This document shows, piece by piece, positions 13,226-26,947 of a stretch of DNA of 64,000 bases. Both the position numbers and the translations under genes were made by a program. Under the pieces are notes generated by a model. It made no database searches, was not told where the DNA came from, and saw nothing but the letters and a program-made list of their open reading frames with translations. This DNA comes from Tubiluchus corallicola (Eukaryota; Animalia; Priapulida). The stretch's first letter is position 1, and every line of letters starts with the position of its first letter. The stretch spans positions 1 to 64,000 of the forward strand of contig JAQGDQ010000950.1 of assembly GCA_030141605.1 (NCBI GenBank). Direction: 5' to 3'.

Positions 13226-15431
13226 GTAAACAAAACATTGCATTTTAGCCGCTAATTTCTATTAGTATAAGTATTGAAATTAGCTCAGAGACTAAATTAA
13301 TGTGATGTCATCATTGGCTATGAACAGTTCTTGGCGATTTCGCCCGTTTTGTTTATTTATTTACATGGTAGATCGTTTCGGCTTCGTGGTCACTTTCCAG
13401 CTAACCCTAATCAGTCTTTAGCTAGTCTGACCCCCAAAAATGCGGCAGCTAGAAACTCAACACCAACAGCGTTTACCAGGCTGTTTACAATTTACTAACA
13501 GCTTTAGTGAAAATCTAAGCCAAAATTGGAACAACTGCAAACCGAGACAGAACAGTTAACAAGTCTGTAAGGTCCGTCAGTCCTGACAGTTAACGGATGG
13601 GAATGAGGCAACGCCACAAACAGTGAAACACTTACTGGTGTACAGTGCGAACTAAAACTCAGTCAGTAATAAAGCCCTATACTTTCTAGACATTGCACAT
13701 GTAACAAAAACGTAAAGTGTGTCATGAATTATTGCTATAATAGCTGCTCTAGCGGCCACAGACGAATTTCAAGTAGAAGCTATACCAGCGACTTGTTCAA
13801 TTAACCATCGGCTGCTAGAAGCAATTTCTAGCAAAAGGTGTGACTTTGAAGCACGTTTTAGGCGTATGTTTGCTTTTCTCCAGGACCACTTCGCAACAAG
13901 TGCTTAAACAAAGGGAAGTAAGAATAATTTTTATGAACACCGTCTTTTTCTGAATTTAAGTTTTTTTTAAAATACAATTGTTTATTCCTTTCTTCAAAAG
14001 TATAATGTTCTTGTTTGCAGTATCAAATGCACTGAAATTATGAAGCTGATTGCAGGAAAATAATTTGATACACTTTACGATGTCGACTTTTTCTATAAGC
14101 CTCTGTGCCAACTTATTGATGTTTTCGTAACTTGCCTGCTTAAAATTCCTATAACATTTAAATGACCATTATCTGCTAATGATGATGACTAACTACATAA
14201 TACTACTAAAACGTTATCACTTAACTAGCAGCAATGCATGGCAGATCAAATTTGATTTTACTTGACAGCACAAGTGTATTGGGGTCAATCATTAAGGCAC
14301 AACCACGAAAACAGATTTTGCACTTTTTTGATGCTCTACCGTATTGACTACAGATCATGCATGTCTCTCAAATAATTTCAAAATTTCAGCTCTCCCGTAT
14401 GTAATAGTTGCAAAAAATAAGATATTTGCGCGAGTATCATTATGTTGTAATAAAATGAGTTGTGAGAGTAATTTTCGCGCTCAGAAGAACCTTATAAAAA
14501 ATTTTAATAATTAGTTTTGTAATTAGTAATACAGTTTTGTAACAGAGTGGATAGCTCTTACAGGTAACTATAATAACTAAAAGAGGTACCTATAATAATA
14601 TGAACCACGCAATTGTTCAATTTTTAAACAGGAAGGAAAAACGAACAAAATGCAAACTGCCCAAACAAATCCATTGTAATATTTGAATCTTGGCTTGACT
14701 GCAGCCAAAATCGAGTCTAGTGTTCAGGCAAAGTTTTGCATTGACAAATTGAGGCTCAGTCTGTTATGCACATACACGGTTCCCTACCTGTTAAATTTGG
14801 TCTTGCCCCTTTAACTGTCATCAGTCATGTGACAAGGTACTTGGCCAGGTAGACATTACCTGGTATGCAATTCAAGTTGATACGATGTAAATTGATTTCT
14901 ATTGCTTTTTTGTAAGTTATAAGCGCCAAAACTCAGGGAGACCAAATGTACGTGTCTAATTATCTGTATTGAACTGCTTTATACAATTAGGGCTATTTCG
15001 CTGTTATTTTTGTATAATTACAGACGAAAATTACCTAACCTAATTTAGTAATTTACCTGTATCAAACTTACGTTTTTTCGCTAAAAACTTATTGCTGTAA
15101 TTTATTATTACAGATAAAACGACAATTGCTGCATATTGAACATATTTGATGTTCTGGAGTTTAAATGTAGTACACAGTCCTACGGCTTTAAGGCTCTAAA
15201 GCCATTAAACATTTATAACAATTGCAGAATCATTTCATATCTAATTAATAATCTTATAGCTTAGAAATGAAAGTGATTAATTACGTGCAGATCAGATCAA
15301 AAAATATCTGTTTAAAAGTTTTAACGGCGAGGTAACACCAGTCAACAAAAACCCAACGTTAATGTGCTTGCGAAAAAATTGGCCTGGCACAAATGAGCTA
15401 GTGCACTAATAAAAGATTGATGTTCCAGTGG

Positions 15432-15840
15432 TAGGGGTGAGCATTCTCTACCAGAAAGCGAATTCGAATCGAACCGAATTTGTGACTTTCGAATTCGAAT
15501 CGAACCGAACTTCAGTGTTTCGAATTCAAACCGAATTCGAATTGAGATTGAACGATTTTCGAACAAGTTTTCGAACCACCAGCAAAAATTAGTCTTACAA
15601 AGATCATGCATATCACTCGATTTTGTTCTGCAATAAAACTACCAGTAATTTATTTAAAATTGTGTACAGAAATCACAGCTAAATTATGCTAATTGCATGA
15701 CGTTTCAATCGTTTCAATGAAAAAAGAACATTATGTGATTGAAGTGCTGAATTATTCTAATCTACAGTTTTAGGTTCGAATCGAGTTCGAACTCAAAAAA
15801 CTCGTTCGAATCGAATTCGAACATTCGATGCTCACCCCTA
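15432..15840. mobile_element. hAT MITE, TTCGAA-rich family (mirror 61327-61735)
   Basis: TIR TAGGGGTGAGCAT...ATGCTCACCCCTA with 8-bp flanks tccagtgg / tccaatgg (7/8 match). Confidence 0.85.
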
Positions 15841-16363
15841 TCCAATGGTCAAATGAATAGAATCCAAAAAAAAATATTTTGTGTTCAAATTCAAACCCCG
15901 GGATTTCTCTTTTCATTTTTGTTAAAGTTTGATTTTAAATAAATAATTTAATTCAATTATAATAAGTTATTAGCCTGGCTTCTCAGATGACTCGTAAAGT
16001 AAAATAAACATGGCTTCATTTAGTAATTATAATGATGACGTATATACCCAACATTATAAACAATTATAGATCAGGATAGGTACAGCGGTTCTTGGATTTT
16101 AATTTGTGAAAATTTGCGAACAGCTATCACAATGATTAGCTGTGATCAGAAGCTTCAACAAGCAAATTATTAAATCGACACGTGTTTAAATAATTATTAT
16201 ATTTATAATTGTGACATGGCTTCTTTAATTGCCACAGTGGTGTAATTACGAATAGGTACTAATTATTATCATTATACCTGTTAACTTCAATTAAAATTAT
16301 GCAATAATGTACATGATATGTATGTAAATTGCATGTTATTATTGTATGCTATTGATGCGAAAT

Positions 16364-16579
<216 letters not shown>

Positions 16580-17290
16580 GATTGCTCGTGTCTTTCAATG
16601 TTTTTCATATTTTTATTTTTTTAATGTAAAGCCACGCTTTGGTGAACGAAGCCTATTATGGTTCTGATAAATTGCAAGTCGCTGATCTAAATACAGTCGC
16701 AGTGAAGTGCTGCTATAATTACAAGTTTTGGAAAATCAACCATATTTAACGTTATTAAACTATTAAATGTCAAATAGAACCCCGATATTATCACAATTAG
16801 CAAATTCATTATTTACAAGAAATCTATATTGTTTCGAACAAATAAATCCCTTACAATATTTGAACAAATTATAGCACCCAGTTCATTTGTTAATTTGTTA
16901 TTCTTTTTTAATTACTAAAAAATCCTCAAAGATAAAAGAAATTGTAAAGGAAATGTGGAAAAATAATGGCGTTTCTTTTAACTGTGCAGTTTTTTATTAC
17001 ATTTTTATTTCTTATCATTAATACATGTTTTTGCGTTATTGTTTTAATGATAAGTTATTGTAAAAGTTCTAGTTCTGTTTTTCTCTCTACTAGTAGGTAC
17101 GTTTGCAAGCATAATACTTGCTACGTTGATACCTTTGTCTTCCGACTTTAGAACTAAGACTTAAGGTCTCTTTAGACTTAAGATCTAAACCTTATTTTGC
17201 CCACGCATTTCAAAAATTACTTAAAAATACTTTTTCAATTTCTTTAACATGCTGGTATTGTAGGTGTTTGTGATTGCATGCTACAAAGAC

Positions 17291-17686
17291 TAGGGGTGAG
17301 CATTCTCTACCAGAAAGCGAATTCGAATCGAACCGAATTTGTGACTTTCGAATTCGAATCGAACCGAAGTTCAGTGTTTCGAATTCGAATTGAGATTGAA
17401 CGATTTTCGAACAAGTTTTCGAACCACCAGTAAAAATTAGTCTTACAAAGATCATGCATATCACTAGATTTTGTTCTGCAATGAAACGACTAGTAATTTG
17501 TTTAAAATTGTGCGCAGAAATCAGAGCTAAATTATACTAATTGCATGATGTTTCAATCGTTTTAGTGATCAGGAACATATGTGATTGAAGTGCTGAATTA
17601 TTCGAATCTATAGTTTTGGATTCGAATCGAGTTCGAACTAAAATAACTCGTTCGAATCGACTTCGAGCGTTCGATGGTCACCCCTA
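17291..17686. mobile_element. hAT MITE, same family (mirror 59497-59892)
   Basis: Same TIR with one mismatch. Flanks acaaagac / acaaatac (7/8 match). Confidence 0.85.
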
Positions 17687-18099
17687 ACAAATACTTGTAA
17701 ATCAATGCACTCTAATATAGTTTTAGTGTAAAATCAAAACTGCGTGGATTGTAATGTAATGTGATCATTGAGACAAATGAACGACTTGAATTGAATTGAA
17801 TTAATGGGTGCTACAGAGTAATTATCACTTTCAACTTTTAACTAAAGTCTTCTTTTTCGTGATAATGCGTTAACTTCATCAAATTGAAGGCTCTCTGACA
17901 CAAGCTTGTGTTCTCAGCTTGTGAATGTCGTGCTAGCGTGATATAAAAATATTCACACGAAACCTATAAATAGGACGAGTATCAAGAGATCCTTTTCCCT
18001 GCTTTTAAACAATTTGAAATGTACCAGAAAGAGTAGCCAAGTAATTTTATTCATTAGTAGTACGGTAGGAGTATACCATATAACTCTGGAATTTTAAAT

Positions 18100-18384
18100 T
18101 TGGATGACTTAGTTTCTTACCACCTTGCTATCTACCTGTACAACACACACCACAGTTTATTACCCCCGCGTTTGATAAATCCCCTCGTACGTAATCACCA
18201 ACATCACTTCACTAGATTTAATGAATATTATATTCCGTTATGCAGAACCAATGTTGCCGGACACTTTTTAAAATTTACCGCTCCAAATTTATGGAATAAA
18301 ATATCAATTTATGTCACAACATATGGAAAATTATTTGGCTTTAAAAGATATATGAAATCTCTTCTGCTGAAATCTTACTTATAA
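18100..18384 (+). mobile_element. LINE ORF2 C-terminal fragment, L2/Crack-like (mirror 58799-59083)
   Basis: HQHHFTR...YIPLCRTNVAGHFLKFTAPNLWNKI...FKRYMKSLLL fits the HxxxTR...RT...LWN...FK pattern of CR1/L2-group ORF2 ends. Confidence 0.65.
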
Positions 18385-19301
18385 TGCATTTTTGGGTTTT
18401 GCCGATAGTCACAGTTAATCCCGCGACTGGTTATTTTCCAGTTTACATTTTCATACTTTTGCATCGTGTCTCTGCTGAACTTCTTTCTAATTCATTTCTT
18501 TTCTCTTTTTCTCTATCTCTGTCTGTTATTTTATCTTGCTATATCATGCTATAGTATACTAATGTAGTTATTGTAACTATATTTCATTTTCTAGTTATAG
18601 GGCATAGTAGTTAAAGGTAATAATGCAAATTGTAATGGAAAAATACATGCTGAAGTGATAATAAATTACAATATAATTATTATATAGGCCTTAAAGGGCA
18701 AGATAGGAACTGAGGAAAGACTTACTCTGCCATTGCTGCTACTAAAAGGTTTCTTTAACCTTTTAAATAATCCAGCACGTTTATCACACACACTGCATTA
18801 GTTGAACCGAATGAAACCACTTGTCAACCAACAAATTTGAAGAACAAAAAGAAATATAATCCACGAGTCACTGTCACTGTCACTGTCCCTTGTTGGCAGG
18901 CTGCACGGAATAGGTGATGCCCGCCAAATCAGTTAGATATCACGGGAAAGAGTGCACCGATCGAGGTGGTGTGTAGTCCATCCACGACTACACGTCTCCA
19001 CCTTGTGAACTAGTACCAATAATGAACCGGCAGCTGAGAAACTTTATAGGCAGCTTGGCTTCCCATACTATAATTAGCAGAACATTCCACCGCTATTTCT
19101 ACTTCTCTAGGATGCTGGTGGGCTTCAGTGAGTCTCGGCTGAACATCGGTTATTGTTGGGTTATCATGTGCACTGTACAATACGAGGGTGCAAGTTAATT
19201 CCTAGATCAAATATTGCTTTGTATACAATCTTCTGTAATACACAAACCCACATTTTGACATATGCTTGACCGCGAGCTCAAGCAACACCTCGCCTGTTTA
19301 G

Positions 19302-19681
19302 TAGGGGTGAGCATTCTCTACTATAAAGCGAATTCGAATCGAATCGAATTTGTGACTTTCGAATTCGAATCGAACCGAAGTTCAGTGTTTCGAATTCGAA
19401 TTGAGATTGAACGATTTTCGAACCAGTTTTCGAACCGCTAGTAAAAAGTGGTCTTACAAAGATCATGCATATTGCTCGATTCTGTTCCGCAGTAAAACCG
19501 CCATTAGTTTGTTAAAAGGTTTGTGCAGAAACTGTAGCTAAATTGTGCTAATTGTAAGATTTTAATGATAAAGAACGTGTGTGGCTGGAGTGCTGAATTA
19601 TTCAAATCTATAATTTCAGATTCGAATCGAATTCGAACTTAAAAAACTCGTTCGAACTCGAACGTTCGATGCTCACCCTTA
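19302..19681. mobile_element. hAT MITE, same family (mirror 57502-57881)
   Basis: Same TIR with one mismatch. Flanks ctgtttag / ctgattag (7/8 match). Confidence 0.85.
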
Positions 19682-19759
19682 CTGATTAGTAAATGGAATA
19701 GTGACCGTCAAGAATTGCTTCTGGACGGTTTCATCAGCCAAAAGAGACAACGACAAAAG

Positions 19760-19968
19760 GCACAAGACAAGAATTATTTACCGTCGCTCATTAGCACAGA
19801 CAACAGACAACATTAGCACTAACGGCTGACCTACACTTACAACAAAACAGGTAAGGCGGCAACACACAAGTAAGGTACATGCCCGGGCATTTGCAGCTGC
19901 TAGTATCGAACTCAAGACTGCGTGATTGCAGTCGGAAATCTAAACTGCTCAGCCACTCAAATGCCTGA
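19760..19968 (-). mobile_element. tRNA-derived SINE (mirror ~57215-57425, + strand)
   Basis: Read in the mirror copy: A-box-like gtggctgagcagtttag, anticodon-arm-like gactgcaatc, B-box-like gagttcgatac, then an unrelated body and an aaataa..(tcttg) tail. Confidence 0.55.
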
Positions 19969-20364
19969 AATGTGAGAACTATTCCACTTTACCCCCATTT
20001 TCCCAAACCGGATTCCGATTTGCAAAACGGCGCGCAAAGAACAAAGGAATGACGATAACAACAGCAGCAACGACGAGCAAAATAAAAAATGGGAAGTCGA
20101 AGCGTGTTAAAATATGTAGTTGCCTTGGAATAATTTTTTTTGCTAAATGTTTACTGTTTTGTTCCACTTGACTATCGTTCCGGGAATTTGGGAACAGTCC
20201 TGCCATCCTGGATATCGTAAAGCTTGTACCAAGCGTTTGTTTTATTGAGGAAACATGTTACTTTGCTCAAGTATTTCTCTGAAAATATTTATAACTAGGA
20301 AATGGTGCAGAGTTCTGGACGTGCTGTTGCTTATTGCTGCAAGAGAAACGCATGTGGTATTCCG

Positions 20365-20970
20365 TAGGGATGAGCATTCTCTACCAGAAAGCGAATTCGA
20401 ATCGAATCGAATTTGTGACTTTTGATTTCGAATCGAATCGAATCGAACTTCAGTGTTTCGAATTCGAATCAAATCGAATTTGTGACTTTCGAATTATCTA
20501 CCCTTCTACCCTTCCTGTGTGATCTAACCTTTCTCCCAGTTCTTTTTTTTTGTTCACTCATCCATTCTTCTTTTATCGGGTTCACATGACAGTGGGCTTA
20601 TACAAGCCTTTGCTTCTCTAGCCCACTGCGGTACAATTATTCTTTTATGATAACAATAGTGTATGAAACAATAATTTATTACAGTAAATGTAATAATTTT
20701 GATGTCACTGTGTGCTTTATATTGTATTGAATGTGGTGATAATAATAAACTAAACTAAAACTAAAACTAAAATTCGTATCGAATCGAATCGAACTTGAGT
20801 GTTTCGAATTCGATTTCGAATTGAGATTGAAAGATTTTTGATTACGTCTTCGAACCACCAGTAAAAATTAGTCCTACAAAGATCTTGCATATTACTCGAT
20901 TTTGTTCTGCAGTAAAACCACTAATAATTTCTTCGAAAATTTTGCAAAATTGTGCTAATTGCTTGACGTA
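20365..20970. mobile_element. hAT MITE copy interrupted at ~20496-20771 by a retroposon 3' end with a (CTAAA)n tail (mirror ~56215-56818)
   Basis: MITE sequence stops at ~20495 and resumes at ~20772. The insert ends in aataaa-ctaaactaaaactaaaactaaa. Confidence 0.65.
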
Positions 20971-21799
20971 TCTAAACAATTTAACATACTTAGTACTGTA
21001 GTATTTAACATACTTAGTACTGTAGTATCTAAAAATAGTAGCTCAATGTCTAAAAAGGTATCTTCACAGTAGATGACATATTTAGTACTGTAGTATTTAA
21101 CATACCTAGTACTGTAGTATTCAACATATTTAGTGTGGTAGTATCTAAAAATAGTAGCTAACGTACTTATTACTGTAGTATCTAAAAATAGTAGCTCAGT
21201 GTGTAAAATATCTACTCCAGTTTCTAACGTGTAATTCTTAGACGGTGATCATTTAGTAAGTGATTAACGTTCACGGCAAGACGAAAATAAACCCTCCATC
21301 TGTAAATGTAAAAATATCCCAACCGTTCGGGTATTTACGGCTAATTCACCTCGGGTATTTACGGCAAGTTAAACGAAGCAACCATCCAGGTTCAATATTA
21401 TTACAAGACTTTGCAAGTTTAGTTTAGGACACTTAGTTTTGAGCCATTTTCTGAATGGCCATTTATTTGACGGCTTTTACTGTAAGTACAGCCTCAATGG
21501 TGTGGTCAGTTTGAGTCCTCTCGACGTTTGACCTGCTGCGTACAGCCTCAATGGTGTGGTCAGTTTGAGTCCTCTCCTGCTGCTTGACCTGCTGCGTTTT
21601 TAGCCAGATCAAATCTCAAGCACCGCCATGTTTAATTGGCTTCATTAAATAGAAAATACAAAAACCGTGCCGTGTTTTTGTTTTTTCTCTTTGTCTGCCT
21701 CGTTATTTTGTATTCTTAGTCTAAATCAGATCAACAAAGAGCCAAAAATTGTGCATGTTTGTGCCTACAGACCTCGCTGTTGCTTGACAACGGATTTAA

Positions 21800-22115
21800 T
21801 TAAAGGAAAGGTCAACCTTTCTGGAAAGTTAGAGTTGTTTCAATGTTCGCGAAAAGTGTTAGAAGGATTTAGTTTATAAAACTGCAATACGCACTTCGTT
21901 TAATTAGTAAAATCACTTTAAAGTCGCGATCACTTCGTGCTCTCATTCTTCCACCAATGACGTCATTCGTCCGGAAGAAAAGTAGCGCACTGTCAATCTT
22001 CGTCAAAAGTATAACAAGTTTTTACAAAAAAATTAGATAGCTAATTTTATATTATTTTTGCTTGAACATTAGGTAAGCTGCGGAAATTTGAATTAGTTTA
22101 AGCAGCGCCTATTCC
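21800..22115 (+). mobile_element. Terminal fragment of a Kolobok-like DNA transposon family (mirror ~55070-55384)
   Basis: Starts TTAA|AGGAAAGGTCAACC. A second copy starts at the same point at 24011. TTAA followed by purine-purine is the Kolobok end signature. Confidence 0.55.
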
Positions 22116-22169
22116 AACTACTTGCTGCATATTCCACATTAATAAAAATTTTTATAGTAAGAGGATCAG

Positions 22170-23019
22170 TCTAGATATAAAACGAAGAATCTTTGCTGTA
22201 CTTGTGGTCACTGTATTTCTCTACAACTCAGAATTATGGACAATCGAAGCACAACACGAATCAGAAATTGATGCATTTAAAAGAAGAAACTGCAGGAACA
22301 TTCTAGAAATAAAATAACCAAAGAAAATATCAATACAAAGATGTGTAAAATAAAGTCAAAGCAGAGGAATGGACACCCTGACAATTAAAATCAAAACGAG
22401 ATGATTAAGATGGAGAGGACATGTCATACGACTACCAGATGACAGTTCATTAAAATTAACTTTCAAAGAAGCAGTGCAGAAAGAAAAGAAACCACAAGGA
22501 GGACAGTTGCTGACTTACATCAATTTCATCCTAAAAGATTGATAGGACATGTTATACGACTACCAGATGACAGTTCATTGAAGTTAGCTTTCAAAGAAGC
22601 AGTGAAGAAAGAACAGAAACCACAAGGAGGACAACTGCTACATCAATTTCATTTAAAAAGATCTTATCAACACACCATTAGATATGAAAAATACAGAGAC
22701 ATGGGAGGTTGTGGGTGACAGGGCAGCATGGAGTAAAGTGATCAGGAGGGTCATGTCAGACGACGTGTGACTCCAGAGACATGGGAGGTTGTGGGTGACA
22801 GGGCAGCATGGAGTAAAGTGATCAGGAGGGTCATGTCAGACGACGTGTGACTCCAGAGACATGGGAGGTTGTGGGTGACAGGGCAGCATGGAGTAAAGTG
22901 ATCAGGAGGGTCATGTCAGACGACGTGTGACTCCAGAGACATGGGAGGTTGTGGGTGACTGGGCAGCATGGAGTAAAGTGATCAGGAGGCTCATGTCAAA
23001 CGACGTCTGACTCCAGACA
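22170..23019 (+). mobile_element. Decayed RTE-type LINE 3' region ending in an 80-bp unit x4 (22695-23019); mirror ~54172-55010
   Basis: Translates in pieces as FLYNSELWT...IDAFKRRNCRNILEIK*PKKIS...LRWRGHVIRLPDD...KKPQGGQLLTYI, an RTE C-terminal pattern. atgggaggtt recurs at 22701, 22781, 22861 and 22941. Confidence 0.7.
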
Positions 23020-23025
23020 TGATGA

Positions 23026-23056
<31 letters not shown>

Positions 23057-23156
23057 GATGATAAAGAGGACAGTTGCTGGCTTACATCAGTTTCATCCAA
23101 AAAGAGATGATGATGATGATGGTGATGATGATGATGATGTGATGGTGATGATGATA

Positions 23157-23188
<32 letters not shown>

Positions 23189-23401
23189 AAAGTGGAGGAC
23201 AGTTGCTGGCTTACATCAGTTTCATCCAAAAAGAGATGATGATGATGATAGTGATGATGATGATGATGTGATGGTGATGAAGATAATGATGATGATGATG
23301 ATGTGATGATGATGATGATGATGATGATGATGTGATGATGATGTAATGATGATGATGGTGATGATAATGATGATGATGTAATGATGATGCTGATGACGAT
23401 G

Positions 23402-23433
<32 letters not shown>

Positions 23434-23454
23434 GATGTGATGGTGATGAAGATA

Positions 23455-23523
<69 letters not shown>

Positions 23524-23532
23524 TGATGATGG

Positions 23533-23609
<77 letters not shown>

Positions 23610-23622
23610 TGATGATGATGTA

Positions 23623-23664
<42 letters not shown>

Positions 23665-23673
23665 TACTGATGG

Positions 23674-23730
<57 letters not shown>
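23019..23730. repeat. (GAT)n tract, probably the expanded RTE tail, with two embedded ~40-bp LINE pieces (mirror 53460-54171)
   Basis: gaggacagttgctggcttacatcagtttcatccaaaaaga at ~23065 and ~23195 resembles 22499-22538. Confidence 0.85.
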
Positions 23731-23731
<1 letters not shown>

Positions 23732-24010
23732 AAAGATAATTCATGATCTTCATAGCTGTTTTCTTTCCTCCGTCAATGTTTACGTTATTGCTACAAAGCT
23801 GTGTTCCACATGCGTGTTTTAACGACGCCATGATTTGGCTTTAAATTAATAGTTCCTTTTAGAAAAAAAGCGTCATCAATTTTCAAGCAGAAAGCTGAGC
23901 CTGTGTAGGAAAATAATTGAGATTTATGACGCGATAAAATTTTGTTGATTCACGTGATAACCGAACGAATAGTTCATAAAAATATTTATTCGTAATGCGA
24001 TCAGGAATCC

Positions 24011-24690
24011 TTAAAGGAAACGTCAACCGTTCTGGAAAGTTAGAGTTGTTTCAATGTTTGCGAAAAATGTTAGAATGAGTTATTAGTAAAATCACTGTAA
24101 AGTCGCGATCACTTCGTGCTTGGGCATTCCAATTTTCAATGCCCATTGTTCCACCAATGACGTCATTCGTTGGGAAGAAAAGTAGCGCACTGTCAATCTT
24201 CGTCAAAAGTATAATAAGCTTTTTACAAAAACATTAGATAGCTAATTTTGTAACATTTTTGGGCGAACATTAGGTAAACTGTGGTAATTTGAAATAGTTT
24301 ACTCATCGCGTGTTTATGGAAAGCCACGACGCACGGCAAGTCACGAAGTCCACCAGTTACGTCATAATTTTCAAGTGAATGGCGGTAACCACCACGTCCG
24401 AAAATTTCTATGCAAAGGTAGCATATTTTAAATTTATGCTTTGTAGACGGTTAATTGCAAATTTCGTTGTTATATTTTTCTAAGTTTGAGTGATAACAGT
24501 AAAATAAGACCAACGTACAAAACCCACGCAATAGATACGATAACAGAAACGATTCTCGATGTACATAAGCCTATGAGCCCATGCAAAGTACAAGTTGTAA
24601 ATTGTAATGTACAATGTTGCTACTTAATTCAAATATCCAATACATGTGGAATTAATAACATTTCAATACTGTGACGTCACAATAGAGTGT
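24011..24690 (+). mobile_element. Kolobok-like element end, longer copy (mirror ~52500-53179)
   Basis: Starts TTAA|AGGAAACGTCAACC. Homologous to 21800-22115 and, inverted, to 37384-37545 plus 38290-38770. Confidence 0.55.
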
Positions 24691-25054
24691 TCTAAGTTTT
24701 TACGAAAACTATAAATTAATGATAACTAATAAATGATACACAGGCAGTTATACAGAAAAAACTCAATTTTATTACAAAACAAGTCCCAAGTTCTCTATTG
24801 AGCAATACCAGAAACCATTGCCGATTTTAGGTTTAATATTCATTTTTACAAGTCACCACGACCGAGCTTTAGAAACCCACACATGAAGAAGCCCCAGCAA
24901 AGTCAACTCTAGGAAGCCTTCAGGAAAATTTGCAATGATTATTGCCTGTAGTTATATGGCTACCGGCTGACTTTAGCTGCAGAATGATACTTGCTGCTAC
25001 TGTAGGTGTATTTTTAGGTGTGAGGAAGAAGAAGAGTATGTAGACTGTCTTGTA

Positions 25055-26672
25055 GAACAAGTCACTCACCATGTGGGCTTTATTTTACTGTCAACACTTA
25101 AACTGTTTGTGGTGTGCTAAAGGCAAGAAGTCACTCAGTATGTTGGGTTTATTTTACTGTTATCACTTAAACTGTTGGTGGTGTGCTAAAGGAAAGAACA
25201 AGTCACTTAGCATGTTGGGTTTATTTTACTGTTATCACTTAAACTGTTGGTGGTGTGCTAAAGGAAAGAACAAGCCACTCAGTATGTTGGGTTTATTTTA
25301 CTGTTACCACTTAAACTGTTTGTGGTGTGCTAAAGGAAAGAACAAGTCACTTAGCATGTTGGGTTTATTTTACTGTTATCACTTAAACTGTTGGTGGTGT
25401 GTTAAAGGAAAGAACAAGTCACTCAGTATGTTGGGTTTATTTTACTGTCAACACTTAAACTGTTTGTGGTGTGCTAAAGGAAAGAACAAGTCATTCAGCA
25501 TGTTGGGCTTATTTTACTGTTACCACTTAAACTGTTTGTGGTGCGCTAAAGGAAAGAACAAGTCACTCAGTATGTTGGGTTTATTTTACTGTCAACACTT
25601 AAACTGTTTGTGGTGTGCTAAAGGAAAGAAGTCACTCAGTATGTTGGGCTTATTTTACTGTTACCACTTAAACTGTTTGTGGTGTGCTAAAGGAAAGAAG
25701 TCACTCAGTATGTTGGGCTTATTTTACTGTTACCACTTAAACTGTTTGTGGTGTGCTAAAGGAAAGAACAAGCCACTCAGCATGTTGGGTTTATTTTACT
25801 GTTATCACTTAAACTGTTGGTGGTGTGTTAAAGGAAAGAACAAGTCACTCAGTATGTTGGGTTTATTTTACTGTCAACACTTAAACTGTTTGTGGTGTGC
25901 TAAAGGAAAGAACAAGTCATTCAGCATGTTGGGTCTATTTTACTGTTAACACTTAAACTGTTTGTGGTGTGCTAAAGGAAAGAACAAGTCACTCAGTATG
26001 TTGGGTTTATTTTACTGTCAACACTTAAACTGTTTGTGGTGTGCTAAAGGAAAGAACAAGTCATTCAGCATGTTGGGCTTATTTTACTGTTACCACTTAA
26101 ACTGTTTGTGGTGCGCTAAAGGAAAGAACAAGTCACTCAGTATGTTGGGTTTATTTTACTGTCAACACTTAAACTGTTTGTGGTGTGCTAAAGGAAAGAA
26201 GTCACTCAGTATGTTGGGCTTATTTTACTGTTACCACTTAAACTGTTTGTGGTGTGCTAAAGGAAAGAACAAGCCACTCAGCATGTTGGGTTTATTTTAC
26301 TGTTATCACTTAAACTGTTTGTGGTGTGCTAAAGGAAAGAACAAGTCACTCAGTATGTTGGGTTTATTTTACTGTCAACACTTAAACTGTTTGTGGTGTG
26401 CTAAAGGAAAGAACAAGTCACTCAGTATGTTGGGTTTATTTTACTGTTACCACTTAAACTTTTTGTGGTGTGATAAAGGAAAGAACAACTTACTCAGTAT
26501 GTTGGGTCTATTTTACTGTTAACACTTAAACTGTTTGTGGTGTGCTAAAGGAAAGAACAAGTCACTCAGTATGTTGGGTTTATTTTACTGTTATCACTTA
26601 AACAGTTTGTGGTGTGATAAAGGCAAGAACAAGTCACTCAGCATGTTGGCTTTATTTTACTGTTATCACTTA
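25055..26672. repeat. 72-bp (sometimes 69-bp) minisatellite, about 22 copies (mirror ~50519-52136)
   Basis: Unit tgtttgtggtgtgctaaaggaaagaacaagtcactcagYatgttgggtttattttactgttatcacttaaac. Confidence 0.95.
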
Positions 26673-26797
26673 GACTTAGAAAAATATAACAATGAAATAT
26701 GCAAAGAATTACCTGAAAAGCATAAATATAAAACACCTTTGAACAGAAACCGTTCACTTGAAAATCATGACGTAGCTGGTGGAATTCCTGACTTTTC

Positions 26798-26947
26798 ACA
26801 AGCGCATCGTGGCTTTCCGTAAGCACATCGTTGCTTTCCGTAAGCACATTGTAACTTTTCATAAGTGCATCGTGGCTTTTCGTAAGCGACTTGACTTTTC
26901 GTAAGTGCATCGTGACATTTCGTAAGCGCATTGTGGCTTTCCGTAAG
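26798..26947. repeat. Degenerate 21-bp tandem repeat, about 7 copies (mirror ~50243-50392)
   Basis: Units resembling cgtaagcRcatcgtggctttY. Confidence 0.7.

Noticed and set aside
14291-14814. TTAA-bounded element ttaaggcacaacca...ggtcttgcccctttaa
   Set aside because: The ends match too poorly to call TIRs, and there is no independent copy apart from the mirror.
14850-14900. Minus-strand INLN...CAG|GTAATG as a possible upstream twitchin exon end
   Set aside because: The preceding sequence lacks the DxGxYKVxAKN motif, and the arms differ by a 1-bp indel here.
15342-15611. Recurring ORFs containing RFEFETL.FGSIRIRKSQIRFDSNSLSGRECSP as a protein family
   Set aside because: They are translations of the hAT MITE end and run into unrelated flanks.
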